Position numbers and translations under genes: made by a program. This document shows positions 60,561 through 64,000 of a DNA stretch of 64,000 nt, in pieces (within the stretch, counting starts at the first letter, position 1; each line of letters opens with the position of its first letter). Source of the DNA: Lama glama (taxonomy: Eukaryota); assembly GCA_028534125.1 (NCBI GenBank), contig CM052851.1, positions 2,294,001 through 2,358,000 of the forward strand. Direction: 5' to 3'. The notes under the pieces were generated by a model. It saw nothing but the letters and a program-made list of their open reading frames with translations. It had not been told where the DNA came from and made no database searches.

Positions 60561-60692
60561 CCGTGTGCAGGTGTGAGTCTGTAGACTCCTTTCCTCTGGC
60601 CTGTGACCTCCTGTTCAGGCCCCGTTGTGAATTCCTGCCCTGCCTGAGCTGCAAATGCACCTGGCTCACGTTGGGGCTCTGGATGCTGGGTT

Positions 60693-61290
60693 GAGGAGGG
60701 ACCCAGCAACTCCCCACCAGGGTACCTGTTGCCCCTGCAGGGGACAGCGACAGCTTTGGGAGCCCACGCGAGCTCCTCCGTCCTGCTGGGTGCATCGGGG
60801 AGTTCCCACGGGGGTGACGCCCCGCAAGGTGAACCCCCTCAGCCCCCGCCAGGAGCTCCAGATGGCTGGGCTGGGGGCGGAGGGTACCGTTCCGTGTGGG
60901 CTTTCTTGGCTCTCAGACGGATTTTCCTAACGTGGACGTGCTTTTGTTCGTTTGAAATTTTACCCTGCCGTCTTTTATTAAGGAGGAAAGGGAGGGCCTG
61001 GGAGGTGGAGATGGACGTCAGTTGCGCCGTTCAGTGAGGAGCCCTCTCTGGAAAGCCTGCGTTGTGACGGGCTGGGGCCTCCCAGGTGGGGCGAGCTGGA
61101 GTTCGATCCCGCTTTGCGGATGCTGCCTGCCTGGGCCGCCCGTGTGACCCGGGCACTGCCTGAGCCTCAGCTGTGGAGGGCCTGGGGTGACAGCCACCTC
61201 GTCGGTGACGACTGGATGGAGGCTGCGTCAGCTGAGGGGGTCCCAGCAACCCCAGGGTACCTGTTGCCCCTGCAGGGGACGTGGCAGCTT
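60693..61290 (+). repeat. Pair of ~60-bp direct repeats with a 29-bp identical core
   Basis: ccagggtacctgttgcccctgcaggggac at 60717-60745 and 61252-61280. Confidence 0.9.
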
Positions 61291-61317
61291 CGCTGCACAG
61301 CAGACCCCCCCGAAACA

Positions 61318-61517
61318 TAGGGCAGAACGACAACTGCCATTTCAGGGCCAGAGAGTAGCTGCTTTGCGCTGGTTTGCCGGTCAGCCTCTCTGCAAAGCAA
61401 AAGTGGTCTAGGGCAATACGTCAATGAACGGGCGTGGCCGTGCGCCAGTGAAACCTTACTTACAGAAACGAGCTGGGGGCCGGATTTGGCCCATGGGCAG
61501 TGATTTGCTGGCCCTTG
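61318..61517 (+). mobile_element. MER58A-like hAT MITE
   Basis: caatacgtcaatgaacgggcgtggccgtg...gggccggatttggcccatggg. Confidence 0.85.
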
Positions 61518-61519
61518 GG

Positions 61520-61800
61520 TTTTTTAGCTCACAGTTTGGAAAGTCAACCATTTGAGCAGGACTCAGCTGGATGGTTCTCATGGTCACTGAGTTCACCTAG
61601 GGTCAGTGGGGAGCAGACCCCGTCCTGTCTCCAGGGGTGGGCTGGTTGTTGGCAGGGCCGGGGGTGGGTAACTACGCCAAGCCCCCCAAGCCCGGCTTGA
61701 TGTCTGGGTGGTCCCAGCAAGGGCAAGAGGGAGCCGGCTCCCACGGGTCCCTTTGCTCTGGCCGGTTTGGCCAAAGAGATGACCGAGTCTAGGGTCACTG
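61520..61800 (-). mobile_element. Old MaLR LTR fragment
   Basis: ttagctcacagtttgg...tttgagcaggactcagctggatggttct. Confidence 0.55.
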
Positions 61801-62524
61801 GGAGAGGATGTCCCCCGGAGGCAGGCCCCGGGAGGCGTGCACCTGGTGTGTCTGGCCCCTCCCAGCTGTTCCGTCACCACCACCACCTTGGAGAGGCTGG
61901 GTGGGGTTTCACGCGTTTAGGGGTCATGGGCTCTGTGGATCGGCTGGAGGGTGTGTTTAATATTTTAACTTTGTTCCTGAATAATTTTACCTGGTAACTG
62001 TTACTAATCTCATTTCTGCCTGCACTTTTGCCCTCTCTGGTAATTGAGCCGGGACAGAGGAGAGCTCAGAGCATTCCCTGGAGGTCAGGGGCCCACGGGA
62101 ACTTCGCATCCGGAGGGAGCAGAGGCGGCAGGGAGGAAGGAGGCAGGAGTGGCAGTCGGGTACCACCCGTGGTCCTGGTGGGCTGCACAGCGTCTGGGCG
62201 CCTCGGGTGTCTCAGGAGAACGGGCAGATCAGGTGAAGTCACGGTCCCGCCAGCCCAGACCGCAGCTGCGGTGTGGACAGCACGGTGGGGAGGCGGTGTC
62301 CACACACAGCAGGAAATGCCCGCTGTTCACGCTCCGGCTGCTCCCGCGGGCCGCGGAAATCAGCCTCAGGAGGTTGCTTGATGAAAACTGAAGATCAGAG
62401 CGTTTTTTTTTCCCTTTCCTCATCCCTGAAGACATTGGCTTTTTGCCCTGCCTTCTGGTCTTTGTTTCCTCCCTCAGCCCGTGAAGTAGATTCTGAAACC
62501 TTGTGAACTGCTGGGAATGAGGTT

Positions 62525-63020
62525 CTTTTTTGTTATTGAGATGAAACACACAGAACATGAAATCAGCCGTTTTCAAAGTGTGCGGCTCAGTGGCATGTGG
62601 TCCGTTCACCTGGTTGTGCAGACCCCACCGCCATCTGGTTCCAGAAGTTCCAGTGTTTATCACCCCAGAAGGGAACCCCTGCCACCAGCGGTCTCCTCCT
62701 CACAGCCACCAGGCTGCTCTGTGTTGGCAGACTTGCCCACTCTGGGCATTTTATGTCAGTGGATCATGCAACCAGAGGTCACTTGTACCTGGCTTCTTTC
62801 ACTGAGCAGAATGGTCTCCAGGTTCATCTACCTTGTCATCCGTGTCGGCGCTCTATTCCTTTTAATGGGTGAATAATATTCCATTGTGTGGATGGACCAC
62901 GTTTTGTCTATCCCTTCATCTGTTGAGGGGCCTTTGGTTGCTTCCACGTCTTGACTCTTGTGAATGGCCCTGTGATGAACATTCCTGTACGAGTTTGTGT
63001 TTGAATCGCTGTTTTGACTT
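62525..63020 (-). mobile_element. L1MB-like 3' end
   Basis: ctggcttctttcactgagcagaatg...gaataatattccattgtgtggatggaccac. Confidence 0.85.
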
Positions 63021-63577
63021 GGCAGAGTCAGCTCCTCGCCCTGGGAGGGACCTGAAGTGTGGGACCGTTCCTGCCACCTTTCTGGATGGGAGGAGGATGT
63101 CGACTTTGTCCCCCATGGGAACCACCTGTGCAAGCTTGTTTAATCCCCGGGACTCTGGAGTGGCACCCTCATGCAGCCCCGTGTCACAGAATCAGCTGAA
63201 ACTTGGACGGGGCGGGCTGCAGAGCTGGGGCTGGAACTAGGCAGACTGACTTGGGGAACCCTGCTCTTCCAGAGAGGGGCCTCCGGGGCTGAGGCAGCTG
63301 GGTCTGTCCAGGGCACAGGCTGGTGTGACTTCCCAGGACCCGAGCTGCCACCTGCCTCCCAGCCCAGGACACTGGGGCCACTCTGTGCCCGGGGCCTGTC
63401 CTCAGGGTTACAGAGCTGTTACAGAACGCTTTGCAATTACGATTTCCATCTCCACTGGAATGATGAGCACGTCTAAAAATAGATGTGGAACGCTGAAGGC
63501 TAACATTTAAAAATAGTTCAATAATTTAGTTATTCTCTATGGGGCTCAGGGAGCGTCACTCCAAAGTGAGTGCTTTT

Positions 63578-63688
63578 GAAATATGAAAATTAATACATGC
63601 ATCTCTATGCATGACTGGGACACTGTGCTGTGCACCAGAAATGGACACATTGTAACTGACTGTACTACATTAAAAAAAAAAAGAAAAA
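63578..63688 (+). mobile_element. 111-bp extremely 5'-truncated lineage-specific L1 with TSD
   Basis: Matches the L1 tail at 20290-20400; perfect 15-bp TSD aaagtgagtgctttt at 63563-63577 and 63689-63703. Confidence 0.93.
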
Positions 63689-63734
63689 AAAGTGAGTGCT
63701 TTTCAAATTTCCTAGAACCCAGTCCCTGCTTTCT

Positions 63735-64000
63735 TTTTTTCAACCATTTATTGAGATGTATTTCCCGTGCCCTACGACCCGCCCATTTAAATGGTGCGAT
63801 GCAGTGTTTTATCAGAGTATCCGTGGATTGCAGTCATCACTGCAGTCACTTTTGGAACATTTTCATCCTCCCACAAACAAACCCTGCACCAATTAGCATT
63901 GCCCTCCACTCCCATCCTGTCTCCCCTTCCCAGCCCTGGCTACCAGTCCGCTGCTTTATAGATTTGGCGAATTTTTTGTAAAAGGAACCTGTACAATATG
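63735..64000 (-). mobile_element. Old L1 3' end running off the window
   Basis: catttattgagatgta...cccatttaaatgg...ttttggaacattttcatc. Confidence 0.75.

Noticed and set aside
1-64000. CRISPR arrays, operons, rRNA, retrogenes, or endogenous viral coding sequence
   Set aside because: No repeat-spacer arrays, no gag/pol/env remnants, and no processed pseudogene recognised; the LTRs are solo or fragmentary

Overview
GC-rich mammalian genomic DNA, most likely camelid: it carries 12 copies of a tRNA-Ala-derived SINE matching the camelid Vic-1 family, plus artiodactyl-type L1 3' ends. I found no convincing protein-coding exon. The long ORFs are GC-rich chance frames or LINE remnants. Positions 1 to ~44.6 kb are apparently intergenic and full of old repeats (L1, L2, MIR, MaLR/ERVL LTRs, hAT MITEs), often nested with readable target-site duplications (TSDs). 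A large CpG island at ~44.7-46.95 kb looks like the promoter and non-coding first exon of an unidentified + strand gene (donor at 45647/45648), and the rest of the window would be its intron 1. Best leads, all regulatory: (1) a MER41-like ERV1 solo LTR retaining a STAT GAS motif, next to a small orphan CpG island at 7.65-8.08 kb; (2) ten CAGGTG/CACCTG E-boxes in the main island; (3) a composite GAS/NF-kB/E-box element at 33.0 kb; (4) an intronic ETS/CCAAT/GC-box cluster at 50.3 kb; (5) strong AT-to-GC drift in old L1 copies. Repeat names come from recalled consensus sequences, not a database search, and boundaries without TSDs are approximate. No new biological system is demonstrated; the findings are hypotheses.
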